DNA of 25,519 bases from Planctomycetota bacterium. Its GTDB lineage: Bacteria > Planctomycetota > SZUA-567 > H5-PLA8. Each line of letters begins with the position of its first letter. Position 1 is the first letter of the stretch. Below the pieces are notes generated by a model that saw nothing but the letters and a program-made list of their open reading frames with translations, was not told the DNA's origin and did not search any database. Shown piece after piece: positions 1-7,585 of the stretch. The stretch is taken from positions 1-25,519 of the forward strand of contig BTVV01000089.1 in NCBI GenBank assembly GCA_045863855.1, given 5' to 3'. Both the position numbers and the translations under genes were made by a program.

Positions 1-1
1 C

Positions 2-1771
2 GCCTTCCGGCTGCGCGGATCCTTGGGCGGGGCGAACACCACGCTCTCGAACGCCGTAGTCTACGGATGCGAGAAAGCCATCCGCGCGGAAGACGGCCTC
101 GCCAATCTCAAGATCTACAACGGAACGTTCGGTCACTCGATCGACACGATGATCCAATTCGCCAACGGCAGCACCACCCTCGGCTGGTCGCTGCTCAACA
201 ACGCCTGGATGTCCGCCAAACCCGCGGCGGCCGGCGACGCCTCCAACGCGATCGTCACGAGCGCGCACTTCGTCAACAGCGCCGCCGCGAACTATCGGCT
301 CCTCGGCACCTCCGCGCTGGTAAACAAGGGGCTGACGATCGCCGCGGTCACGACGGATCGCGACGGCGTCGCGCGACCTCAGGGCGCCGCCTACGACATC
401 GGCGCGTACGAATTCGTGGGCTCCACGCTCGCCGCGCCCAGCGCGCCGAACGCGCTTACCGCCGCGGCAGTCTCTGCTTCAAGGATAGACCTCGCATGGA
501 GCGATCTCTCCTCCAACGAAGATGGCTTCAAGATCGAACGCAAGACCGGCAGCTCGGGTTCCTGGAGCCAGATTGCGACGGTGGGCGCCAATGTGAAGAC
601 GTACAGCAGCACCGGCTTGGCCGCGAGCACGGCCTACTTCTTCCGCGTCCGCGCGTCCAACGCCGCGGGCAACTCCGGCTACTCCAACGAGGCGCAAGCG
701 ACCACCGCCGCGCCTCCCAACCAGGCTCCCTACATCGAGTCCTCGCCATGGGCCAACCCCAACCCCGTCACGCTCCCGCAGGCCGCGGCCGTCAACGTGG
801 TGGCCGGCGATCCGGACGAAGGACCGCAAGCGTTGAAGTTCACCTGGTCGAAAGTGAGCGGGCCCGGAACCGTCGCCTTCTCGCCCAACGGCACGGCGCT
901 GAGCGACAGCAGCTCCGCGGCGTTCGGCGCGGCGGGGAGCTACGTGCTGCGCGTCACGGTCCACGATGGCTCGGCTTCGGTCACGGCCGACGTGAGCGTA
1001 ACCGTGCACCCGGCGACCAACCTGCCGCCCGCGGTGAACCTGACGGCGCCTCTGCACGGAGCGTCATTCACGGCCCCGGCAAACATCGCCGTCGCCGCGA
1101 ACGCCTCCGACGCCGACGGTGGCGTGGCGCGCGTGGAATTCTACGCCAACGGGCTCCTCATCGGATCCGACACCACGAGCCCCTATGGACTCGGCTGGGG
1201 CAACGTCGCGGCGGGTACTTACACGCTCACCGCCCGGGCCGTGGATCACGCCGGCGCGGCGACAACCTCAGCCGGAGCTACCGTCAGCGTGGCCTTGAAT
1301 ACCTCGATTGTGCTCGTGGACTTCGGCGCGCAAGCGGCCGCCAACACCTTCGGACTCTCCGGGTGGACAACCGTGATCATGGACCGCTACACCAGTCATG
1401 TCGCCACGGGGCCCGGCGGGACGGCGATCGTCAGGGGCTCCAACGCAGGCTACAACTACCAGGGCGTGAAGGGGACGGCCCGGACCTTCGCGGCAGGGCA
1501 GCGGATCGAAGCGACCTGGCACAACGGCTTGGCGACGGCGATCACCTTCACACCCATGATCAGCTTCAACGACCCAGACCGGCGCGTGAGCGGCACGGCC
1601 GGGACTTGGCGGAACATGACGAGCGTGACGATTCCCGCAGGCGGATCGGCCGTGAGCGTTTTCGTCCTGGATGCCGCGTCGGCGGGCCTCTACGGATTGG
1701 TGAACATCAACCACAACTTCAAGCACACGAATAACAAACAACTGGTCTGCGACAAGATCGTCCTGAAGTAG
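2..1771 (+). CDS. Large secreted/surface multidomain protein, 5'-truncated by the window: beta-helix tail, 'choice-of-anchor Q'-like motif, FN3, PKD-like, bacterial Ig-like and an unassigned C-terminal domain
   Basis: The frame is open from base 2 to TAG at 1771. Motifs: DRDGVARPQGAAYDIGAYE; FN3 (APSAPNAL..IDLAWSD..YFFRVRASNAAGNSGYSN); PKD-like (FTWSKVSGPG..GSYVLRVTVHDG); Ig-like (NLPPAVNLTAP..VARVEFYANG..GTYTLTARAVD). Confidence 0.85.
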   Translation, partial: AFRLRGSLGGANTTLSNAVVYGCEKAIRAEDGLANLKIYNGTFGHSIDTMIQFANGSTTLGWSLLNNAWMSAKPAAAGDASNAIVTSAHFVNSAAANYRLLGTSALVNKGLTIAAVTTDRDGVARPQGAAYDIGAYEFVGSTLAAPSAPNALTAAAVSASRIDLAWSDLSSNEDGFKIERKTGSSGSWSQIATVGANVKTYSSTGLAASTAYFFRVRASNAAGNSGYSNEAQATTAAPPNQAPYIESSPWANPNPVTLPQAAAVNVVAGDPDEGPQALKFTWSKVSGPGTVAFSPNGTALSDSSSAAFGAAGSYVLRVTVHDGSASVTADVSVTVHPATNLPPAVNLTAPLHGASFTAPANIAVAANASDADGGVARVEFYANGLLIGSDTTSPYGLGWGNVAAGTYTLTARAVDHAGAATTSAGATVSVALNTSIVLVDFGAQAAANTFGLSGWTTVIMDRYTSHVATGPGGTAIVRGSNAGYNYQGVKGTARTFAAGQRIEATWHNGLATAITFTPMISFNDPDRRVSGTAGTWRNMTSVTIPAGGSAVSVFVLDAASAGLYGLVNINHNFKHTNNKQLVCDKIVLK

Positions 1772-1793
1772 CCGCTGCGTCCTGGCAGGCCGA

Positions 1794-2957
1794 TCAATAG
1801 CCCGCCGCGGCCGGCTGAGCGACCGGAACGTCCTCGTGATCGTCGTCGTCCACGCGGTCGCCCGCGGCCGGAGCGACGCCCATGTCCCCGCTGTTCATGT
1901 CCGCCACCGCCGCCATCACCCACTCGCGTTCCTTGGCGCGCTCTTCCGGCGTCAGCGCCGCGGCGCACGGCGTCCCGAAGCGCGGCTGAGCGAACGGCAG
2001 GTGCGTGTCCCCTCGCGCGAGGATGTGGCTCCCGTTGGTCATCTTGGTGACCGGATCGACCGACGGCGACGCGTGCACGTCGACGCGCGGATCCCCGTCG
2101 GCACCCCATTGCGTGAACGACCGAGCGTTGCAGTAGTGGCTCACGAACGCGCGCCGGAAGCGGTCCGTCGTCCAGTTCTGTTTGCTCCGATGCAACACGT
2201 GCCCGCCGAAGAAAACCACATCCCCCGGCTCGGCCGCGACCAGCACCTGGCTGTACTTGTTCGCCACCCGCGAGAGATCGTTCTTCCCGTCGTCCGGGTC
2301 GCTCACCCCGCGCACGGGATGGATGTCCGACAAGCGGCGCTGGTTCGAATGCCCGTAGCCGTCGGCGTTCGGGTAGATCGGCTCGTTCTGGCTCCCTTCG
2401 GCCATCCACATTCCGCCGTTCTGCTCGTCCGCGCCGTCAACGGCAATCCACGCCCCGATCAGCGTGTCCGGATGCGTCGGGATGTAAAAGCTGTCCTGAT
2501 GCCAGCCCTGCCCCGGCTTGCCCGGCGGCTTCAGGAACAGCATCGTCTGCATCGCCAGCACGTCCGGCCCGATCAGCATTTCCAGCACGTCCAGCACGCG
2601 CGGCTGAAGCATGTACTTCTCGTGAATCGCCAGCTTGCGGTGCAGCATGTGGATGCGCAGGAAGTATTGCGCCTTCTCGTGCGGCGTCAGATGCGCCGGC
2701 GGCGCTTCCAGCGCCTGGCAGGTGATCGCGCCGTCCTTCTTGGGATCGCGCACGCTCATCTGCTGCTGCTGTTCGGGCAAGCGCCCCTGCATCAAGTCTT
2801 CGGTGTGCTGGCGCAGTTCCTCAATCTCTTCCGGCGAGACCAGGTTCTTCACCACCAGGAAGCCCTGCCGGTTGAAGCGCACGTACTCTTCGATCGAGAG
2901 CCGGTACTTCGGCTGCTTCTGCATGTCCCGGGCTGATGTTTTCTGATCGATCGGCAT
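1794..2957 (-). CDS. Phytanoyl-CoA dioxygenase (PhyH) family Fe(II)/2-oxoglutarate dioxygenase
   Basis: FNRQGFLVVKNL N-terminus, FLKPPGKPGQGWHQDS (HxD), GDVVFFGGHVLHRS (distal His) and RRAF. The ATG at 2957 is preceded by CAGGAGG. Confidence 0.9.
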   Translation of the reverse strand: MPIDQKTSARDMQKQPKYRLSIEEYVRFNRQGFLVVKNLVSPEEIEELRQHTEDLMQGRLPEQQQQMSVRDPKKDGAITCQALEAPPAHLTPHEKAQYFLRIHMLHRKLAIHEKYMLQPRVLDVLEMLIGPDVLAMQTMLFLKPPGKPGQGWHQDSFYIPTHPDTLIGAWIAVDGADEQNGGMWMAEGSQNEPIYPNADGYGHSNQRRLSDIHPVRGVSDPDDGKNDLSRVANKYSQVLVAAEPGDVVFFGGHVLHRSKQNWTTDRFRRAFVSHYCNARSFTQWGADGDPRVDVHASPSVDPVTKMTNGSHILARGDTHLPFAQPRFGTPCAAALTPEERAKEREWVMAAVADMNSGDMGVAPAAGDRVDDDDHEDVPVAQPAAAGY

Positions 2958-3038
2958 GGACGCCTCCTGGAGCGAAACGCGCTGAATCACCCCAGGATAG
3001 TACCTTTATTCGCGCTTTCGAGACATGGCGGCGATTGG

Positions 3039-3917
3039 CTACTTCATGCCTGAAATTGATATAGGCCGGGCTACTTTATCCCTAAAACGAAGCAGCCGGG
3101 GCAGCGGCGGCGTCGCCCCCGCCTCCACCTCCGCCCGCACCTGGCTCGGCGGCTTGCCGTACACCGCCTTAAAGGTCCGTGAAAAATGGAACGGGCTCGC
3201 GAAGCCGCACTGCTCGGCGATCTGCTGCAGGGTGAAGTTGGTGCGCGAAAGCAGCGTCGCAGCACGGTCGAGCCGCGCCAATCGCACCGTCTGGACCGGC
3301 GTGCAACCGGTCGCCTCCACAAAGAGCCGGCATAAATGCTCGGGCGTCACCGCCGCCGCGCGCGCCAATTCGCCCAGCGCCAGCTTGCGCGCGGAATTCT
3401 TATCCAGCGCTTCGCGAATGAACGCCAGCGTCCGCTCCACCGGATCGGGATACTTGAGCTGCGGCTCAGCCGCCGTCGCGCGCTCGCCGCTCACGAACGC
3501 CCACAGCAATTGAATCACCGACAGCTCCACCGATCGCCGGTCGCCGTCCTCGACGTACGCGCCGAGATGACGCACCAGCGCCCAGCACAGATCGCCTTCC
3601 AGCGGCGCGCGGACCAGCGGCCACGTCTCCGGCGCCGGCCAGTCCGGAGGAATGCGCCCGATCATGAAGTGGATGAAGCCGTGCCGCGTGCGGCGCCGCG
3701 GATCCCAGCGGAAGTAGTCGGTCTGCCCCGGCCGGCAGAGCACGAACGAACCTTCAGGCGCTTCGACGGTCTGTTCGCCCCAGCGGTATTGAGCGTCGCC
3801 TTCCACCATCCAGACGAACTCGTAATCGCGCATCTGCCGCGGGCCAAAGGTAGCCCCCGACGGATACGTCGCCAAGCCAACGCGTTCGGGAAGAGTCAGA
3901 TCCAGGTCGAAGCGCAT
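3039..3917 (-). CDS. AraC family transcriptional regulator with N-terminal cupin domain
   Basis: C-terminal double HTH (LGELARAAAVTPEHLCRLF..IAEQCGFASPFHFSRTFKAVYGKPPSQVR) and cupin-like N-terminus (DYEFVWMVEGDA). Confidence 0.93.
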   Translation of the reverse strand: MRFDLDLTLPERVGLATYPSGATFGPRQMRDYEFVWMVEGDAQYRWGEQTVEAPEGSFVLCRPGQTDYFRWDPRRRTRHGFIHFMIGRIPPDWPAPETWPLVRAPLEGDLCWALVRHLGAYVEDGDRRSVELSVIQLLWAFVSGERATAAEPQLKYPDPVERTLAFIREALDKNSARKLALGELARAAAVTPEHLCRLFVEATGCTPVQTVRLARLDRAATLLSRTNFTLQQIAEQCGFASPFHFSRTFKAVYGKPPSQVRAEVEAGATPPLPRLLRFRDKVARPISISGMK

Positions 3918-3991
3918 GCGTGCATCCGAAGTGACCGAAGCCGCGCTTCAGACTACCTCGGAGAACCTTCGCCGTCTGGAAGGATTCCGGA

Positions 3992-4059
3992 AAGCCGGGG
4001 CAGGGAAGATTCGGTTCAGGCCGCGGGCCTGCTGCCGCTTTCGGTCACTGCCCCGGCTT
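3992..4059. other. Long imperfect hairpin in the intergenic region
   Basis: Perfect 12-bp outer arms AAGCCGGGGCAG (3992-4003) and CTGCCCCGGCTT (4048-4059), with an apical stem CAGGCC-gcg-GGCCTG (4017-4031). Confidence 0.6.
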
Positions 4060-4100
4060 GGCACTGACGTGCCGTGTCAACAAGAAGTGTCAGCGAGGGA

Positions 4101-4217
4101 CTACATCTTCAGCAACAGGAACATCGCGATCCCGCAAAGCACCAGTGCCGAAACCGAACCGATGATCAGATGCTTCCAGTTAATGCCTACCTCACTTGGA
4201 TTTGCGTGCTTGCTCAT
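4101..4217 (-). CDS. Small single-pass membrane protein (38 aa)
   Basis: MSKHANPSEVGINWKHLIIGSVSALVLCGIAMFLLLKM*. A purine-rich AAGGGGTGG lies before the ATG and there is one clean hydrophobic helix. Confidence 0.6.
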   Translation of the reverse strand: MSKHANPSEVGINWKHLIIGSVSALVLCGIAMFLLLKM

Positions 4218-4347
4218 GCGTCCACCCCTTTCGTCCTTGGCGCGCGGACCCGCCCAAAGGTCCGCCTTCCCCGGATACTCAAGGCGATATTCGCAAGAAT
4301 TGGACCAACACAATTTTATGCATCGCGCCCGCCGCAAGGGTGTGGCG

Positions 4348-4376
4348 TTGTGCGACGAAGCCCGCCCGACTATTCT
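4348..4376 (+). promoter_or_regulatory. Putative sigma70-type promoter, probably giving a leaderless mRNA
   Basis: TTGTGC-N17-TATTCT, with the ATG at 4383 six bases after the -10 box and no SD. Confidence 0.5.
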
Positions 4377-4382
4377 GTGCGC

Positions 4383-4784
4383 ATGAGCATGCCCTACTTT
4401 CGCGTCCCGCTGAACCTGCCTCACGCAGCGACCTTGAATCGCAGGCTGCTGTACCAATTGGACCGCGTCTGCAGAACCCACGGACTCGTGCTCAACGAAC
4501 GCGAAGCCCTCGAAGCGCGCGTCGATCGGCTCCAAAACCTCTTGGATCCGTTCTTCGAACAAGGCGACAATCCGCCGCCTGCCGAAGCCGCGGCCGCCGT
4601 GGCGCAAGCCGCCGTGTGGCTGCGCGAGATCGTCGATGCCGTCGAGCGCCACCGCATCGGCGACGACCGGTTGGGCCAGGTGATCCGCAACCTGTTCGAA
4701 TGCATGGAACTGGGCGAAGAAGGCGCGCGCCAATCGCTCCGCGCCGGCGAGAACCCCGATTCGGCTCTGCGAGCCGTGGACTGA
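4383..4784 (+). CDS. Hypothetical helical protein (133 aa)
   Basis: Natural amino-acid composition, GC3-rich codons, and first gene of a tightly spaced plus-strand cluster. No family recognised. Confidence 0.7.
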   Translation: MSMPYFRVPLNLPHAATLNRRLLYQLDRVCRTHGLVLNEREALEARVDRLQNLLDPFFEQGDNPPPAEAAAAVAQAAVWLREIVDAVERHRIGDDRLGQVIRNLFECMELGEEGARQSLRAGENPDSALRAVD

Positions 4785-4791
4785 TGCGCCC

Positions 4792-5307
4792 ATGATCCCC
4801 ACCGAGCCCTGGTTCTGCCGCACCTGCGGCGGCTTTCACGAGGAGCTGCCGTTGAGCTTCAACGCGCCGGCCCCGGATGCGTATTACGAGATCCCGCGCG
4901 AAGAACGCGATGCGCGGGCGGTGCTTTCGAATTCCCATGCCGTCCTCGACGGCGCGCGCCACTTCCTCCGCGCGAGCCTCGAATTGCCCATCCTGGATCT
5001 CATGCAGCCCTTCACCTGGGGCGTCTGGGCCGAAGTCGGCTCCGAACTCTTCCGGCTCGCCCACGATCCGGCGCACACCGGCGGCCACGCCAGCGCTCCG
5101 CGCGGCGAAGGCACGCTCGCCTCGGCCATCCCGGGCTACCCGCCGACGCTCGGCCTGCCCGTCTGGGTCCAGCCCCGCCCGCTGGGCCAATTCCCGCTGC
5201 TGGGCGTGCGCGACGAAACCCATCCGCTACGCCTCGAACAGGACGCCGGCATCGCGCTCGAGCGCGTCCAAGAGTGGGCCTCAGCGATGCAACACCCCAG
5301 CGCATGA
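4792..5307 (+). CDS. DUF2199 domain-containing protein
   Basis: N-terminal CRTCGGFHEELP..APDAY, then FLRASLELPI..FTWGVW and HPLRLEQDAGI, which match the DUF2199 pattern. Confidence 0.8.
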   Translation: MIPTEPWFCRTCGGFHEELPLSFNAPAPDAYYEIPREERDARAVLSNSHAVLDGARHFLRASLELPILDLMQPFTWGVWAEVGSELFRLAHDPAHTGGHASAPRGEGTLASAIPGYPPTLGLPVWVQPRPLGQFPLLGVRDETHPLRLEQDAGIALERVQEWASAMQHPSA

Positions 5308-5888
5308 TCGAACTCGATCCCGAATCCCCACGCGGACGCGTGCTGCTGTTCCACAAGCCCAAAGGCGCGATCGTCTCGCGCGCCGGCGAACGCGGCCAGA
5401 AGACCGTCTACGATCTGCTGCCGCCGTGGGTGCGCGGCGGCGAGTGGGTTCCCGTCGGCAGGCTGGACCAGGACACGCGCGGACTCTTGCTCTTCGTCCG
5501 CGAAGGCGCGCTCGTCGAAAGCCTCACCCGCCCCGGCGCCTGCGAGAAGGTCTACGAGGTCTCGATTCGCGGGCGCTTCACGCCCGAGCACCATGCCGCG
5601 GTGCTCCAAGGCGTCGCGAGTTCCGTCGGCGTGCTCCGCGCGAAAGCCGTCGAAGCGCTGGGCATGACCGGACCTAAGTCCCATCTGCGCGTCACGCTCG
5701 ACGAAGGCAAGAATCGCCACATCCGCCGCATGTTCGCCGCGCTGCGCGATCCCAAGCGCGGCACTCCGCTCAAGGTCATGGACCTGAAGCGCCTCTCCAT
5801 CGGCCCGCTGGAACTCGACGTGCCCTCCGGGCAATGGCGCTTCCTGAAGGACGATGAAACCGAACGCCTGCTCGCCGCGCTGCGTTGA
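5304..5888 (+). CDS. RsuA/RluB/E/F family pseudouridine synthase lacking the S4 domain (RluE-like architecture)
   Basis: HKPKG, PVGRLDQDTRGLLL (catalytic Asp), EKVYEV, EGKNRHIRRMF and LKRLSIGPL. ATGA overlap with the upstream gene. Confidence 0.9.
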   Translation: MIELDPESPRGRVLLFHKPKGAIVSRAGERGQKTVYDLLPPWVRGGEWVPVGRLDQDTRGLLLFVREGALVESLTRPGACEKVYEVSIRGRFTPEHHAAVLQGVASSVGVLRAKAVEALGMTGPKSHLRVTLDEGKNRHIRRMFAALRDPKRGTPLKVMDLKRLSIGPLELDVPSGQWRFLKDDETERLLAALR

Positions 5889-5939
5889 ACGCCGCGCGCC
5901 CTCGCGTAGGCTACATTTACGAACCGAAAGGAGCCCGCC

Positions 5940-6332
5940 ATGCCTTCCCTTTTCACACGCATCGTGAACGGCGAAATCCCCTGCGCCAAGGTCTGGGAGA
6001 ACGAGCGCTGCCTGGCCTTCCTCGACATCATGCCCGTCACGCCCGGGCACACCCTGGTCATCCCGAAGCAGGAAGTCGATTACCTCTTCGACTTGGACGA
6101 CCCGCTTTACCTGGAACTGATGCGCGCGAGCAAGACCGTCGCGGGGCTGTTGAAGAAGGCCACCGGCTGCGCGCGCGTCAGCGTCGGCGTATTCGGCTTC
6201 GAAGTTCCGCACGCGCACATTCACCTGATCCCGATGAACTCGCTGGCCGATTTCCCCTTTCCATCGCGCGTGAAGGCGAAGCCCGAAGACCTCGCGGCGA
6301 TGGCCGAGAAAATCCGCGCCCTTCGAGCGTGA
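5940..6332 (+). CDS. HIT family nucleotide hydrolase
   Basis: FTRIVNGEIP, AFLDIMPVTPGHTLVIPK and histidine triad VPHAHIHLIP. SD AAGGAG. Confidence 0.95.
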   Translation: MPSLFTRIVNGEIPCAKVWENERCLAFLDIMPVTPGHTLVIPKQEVDYLFDLDDPLYLELMRASKTVAGLLKKATGCARVSVGVFGFEVPHAHIHLIPMNSLADFPFPSRVKAKPEDLAAMAEKIRALRA

Positions 6333-6371
6333 CGTATTACCTTTGGGTTTTGATGATGTAACTTTTAATGC

Positions 6372-7385
6372 TTACCGTTCCGCATGCGGCAAGTCCTTCA
6401 ACTCCCGTTCGACCACGCCGGCCGTCGCCGCGCCTCCGCCTTCCCGGCTGGTCACAGGCTCCAGCACCGCGCCCTTTTCTTCCAAGAGCTTCCCGCGCGA
6501 CCGGACAATCAGCCCCAGCCCGCCCAGCAGCACCGCGCCCAGAGCCAACAGTTCCGGCGTCGGCGTCTCGCCCAGCAGCGGCCACGCGTACAGCAGCGTG
6601 ATCGGCGGCACCAGCAGCGTCATCGCGGTGCTCGGCGCCAGCCCCAGCCGACCCACCGAGACGTAGAACATCGCCTCGGTGAAGCCCATCAGCACCGGGC
6701 CCGAAGCCAGCATCGCAAGCAACGGGACGAGCGGCGCGTCGGTGACCCAGCCCAAATGGCCACGGTACCAGACCAGCGGAAATGTGAGCAGCGTCGAGAG
6801 CCCGAATACGATGGTCGAGACCGCGAACGCATCGTGGCCTCTAAGCCAGGCTTTGGCGCACGGGCTGTAGCAACCCCACAGCCCCGCGGTGAGCATCAGC
6901 AGCAGGATCGAATGGCTGGAAATCTCGCCCGAGCCGCGCACCAAGCACAGGCCCAGCAAGCCCGCTACCGCCAGCAAAAAACCCGCCTGGAAACCCGGCC
7001 GCCGCACCAGTTCGCGCTCGTCCGGAAAAAGAATCGCCGAAAGCGTGATCGCGATCAGCGGAATCGCGCGCGTGATCAGCATCCCCAGCGTCGCGGTGGT
7101 CTCGTACGTCCCGGCCGTGAAGGTGACCAAACCGCCCGCGAACAGCACGCCCATCAAAAGAAAAGGCCAAGGCTTGCGCATCGTCACGCGCAGCGCAGCC
7201 CCGCGCTTCCAGCACACCCAACCGCCCAGCACCACCGTGGTGCTCAGCACGCGGTAGAAGACCAGCGTGTATGGGTCGACGCCATGCCCCTGCATGTACT
7301 TGTAGAGCGGCGTGCCCCACGCCCACATGCCCACGGCCGTCAGGATCGGCACGTAATCGCTCAGGGTGCTGGCGCGGCTGCCCAT
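6372..7385 (-). CDS. DMT/EamA family transporter
   Basis: About 10 hydrophobic segments in two EamA halves (MWAWG..P..LVFYR; LLGETPT). The start is uncertain (ATG 7385 versus TTG 7421). Confidence 0.85.
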   Translation of the reverse strand: MGSRASTLSDYVPILTAVGMWAWGTPLYKYMQGHGVDPYTLVFYRVLSTTVVLGGWVCWKRGAALRVTMRKPWPFLLMGVLFAGGLVTFTAGTYETTATLGMLITRAIPLIAITLSAILFPDERELVRRPGFQAGFLLAVAGLLGLCLVRGSGEISSHSILLLMLTAGLWGCYSPCAKAWLRGHDAFAVSTIVFGLSTLLTFPLVWYRGHLGWVTDAPLVPLLAMLASGPVLMGFTEAMFYVSVGRLGLAPSTAMTLLVPPITLLYAWPLLGETPTPELLALGAVLLGGLGLIVRSRGKLLEEKGAVLEPVTSREGGGAATAGVVERELKDLPHAER

Positions 7386-7416
7386 CTTCGGTTGATTTCC
7401 ATGCCGTGCGAGAATC

Positions 7417-7575
7417 GACAAACTCCAAGATCAAAACAAACCTCGAACGGCAAGATACGCCTAGGGCCCGCCACGGCGGCTCATGCGCCGATCCGGCTGC
7501 CGTTCTTGCCGTTGAAGACTTGGTGTTTGCCGCTTGCCGCTTGTCTGGTTCTTGCCGTTTGAAGTTAGACGTTTA
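7417..7575. repeat. Heptamer-periodic imperfect inverted-repeat element
   Basis: A-rich left arm and T-rich right arm. AACGGCAAGA (7446-7455) is the reverse complement of TCTTGCCGTT (7504-7513 and 7550-7559). TTGnnnn units recur every 7 nt. Confidence 0.7.
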
Positions 7576-7585
7576 ACGCCCTGCC

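Noticed and set aside
67..1734. 555-aa Arg-rich ORF
   Set aside because: Off-frame reading of the surface protein gene.
3960..4060. Possible SRP (4.5S) RNA or tRNA
   Set aside because: The SRP domain IV GNRA loop/AGCAG arrangement and tRNA D/T arms are not present on either strand.
6333..6371. Short AT-rich patch between the convergent HIT and DMT genes
   Set aside because: No stem, repeat or recognisable motif, and too short to interpret.
7500..7565. Possible CRISPR mini-array
   Set aside because: Only two 12-nt copies, a periodic rather than unique spacer, and no cas genes.
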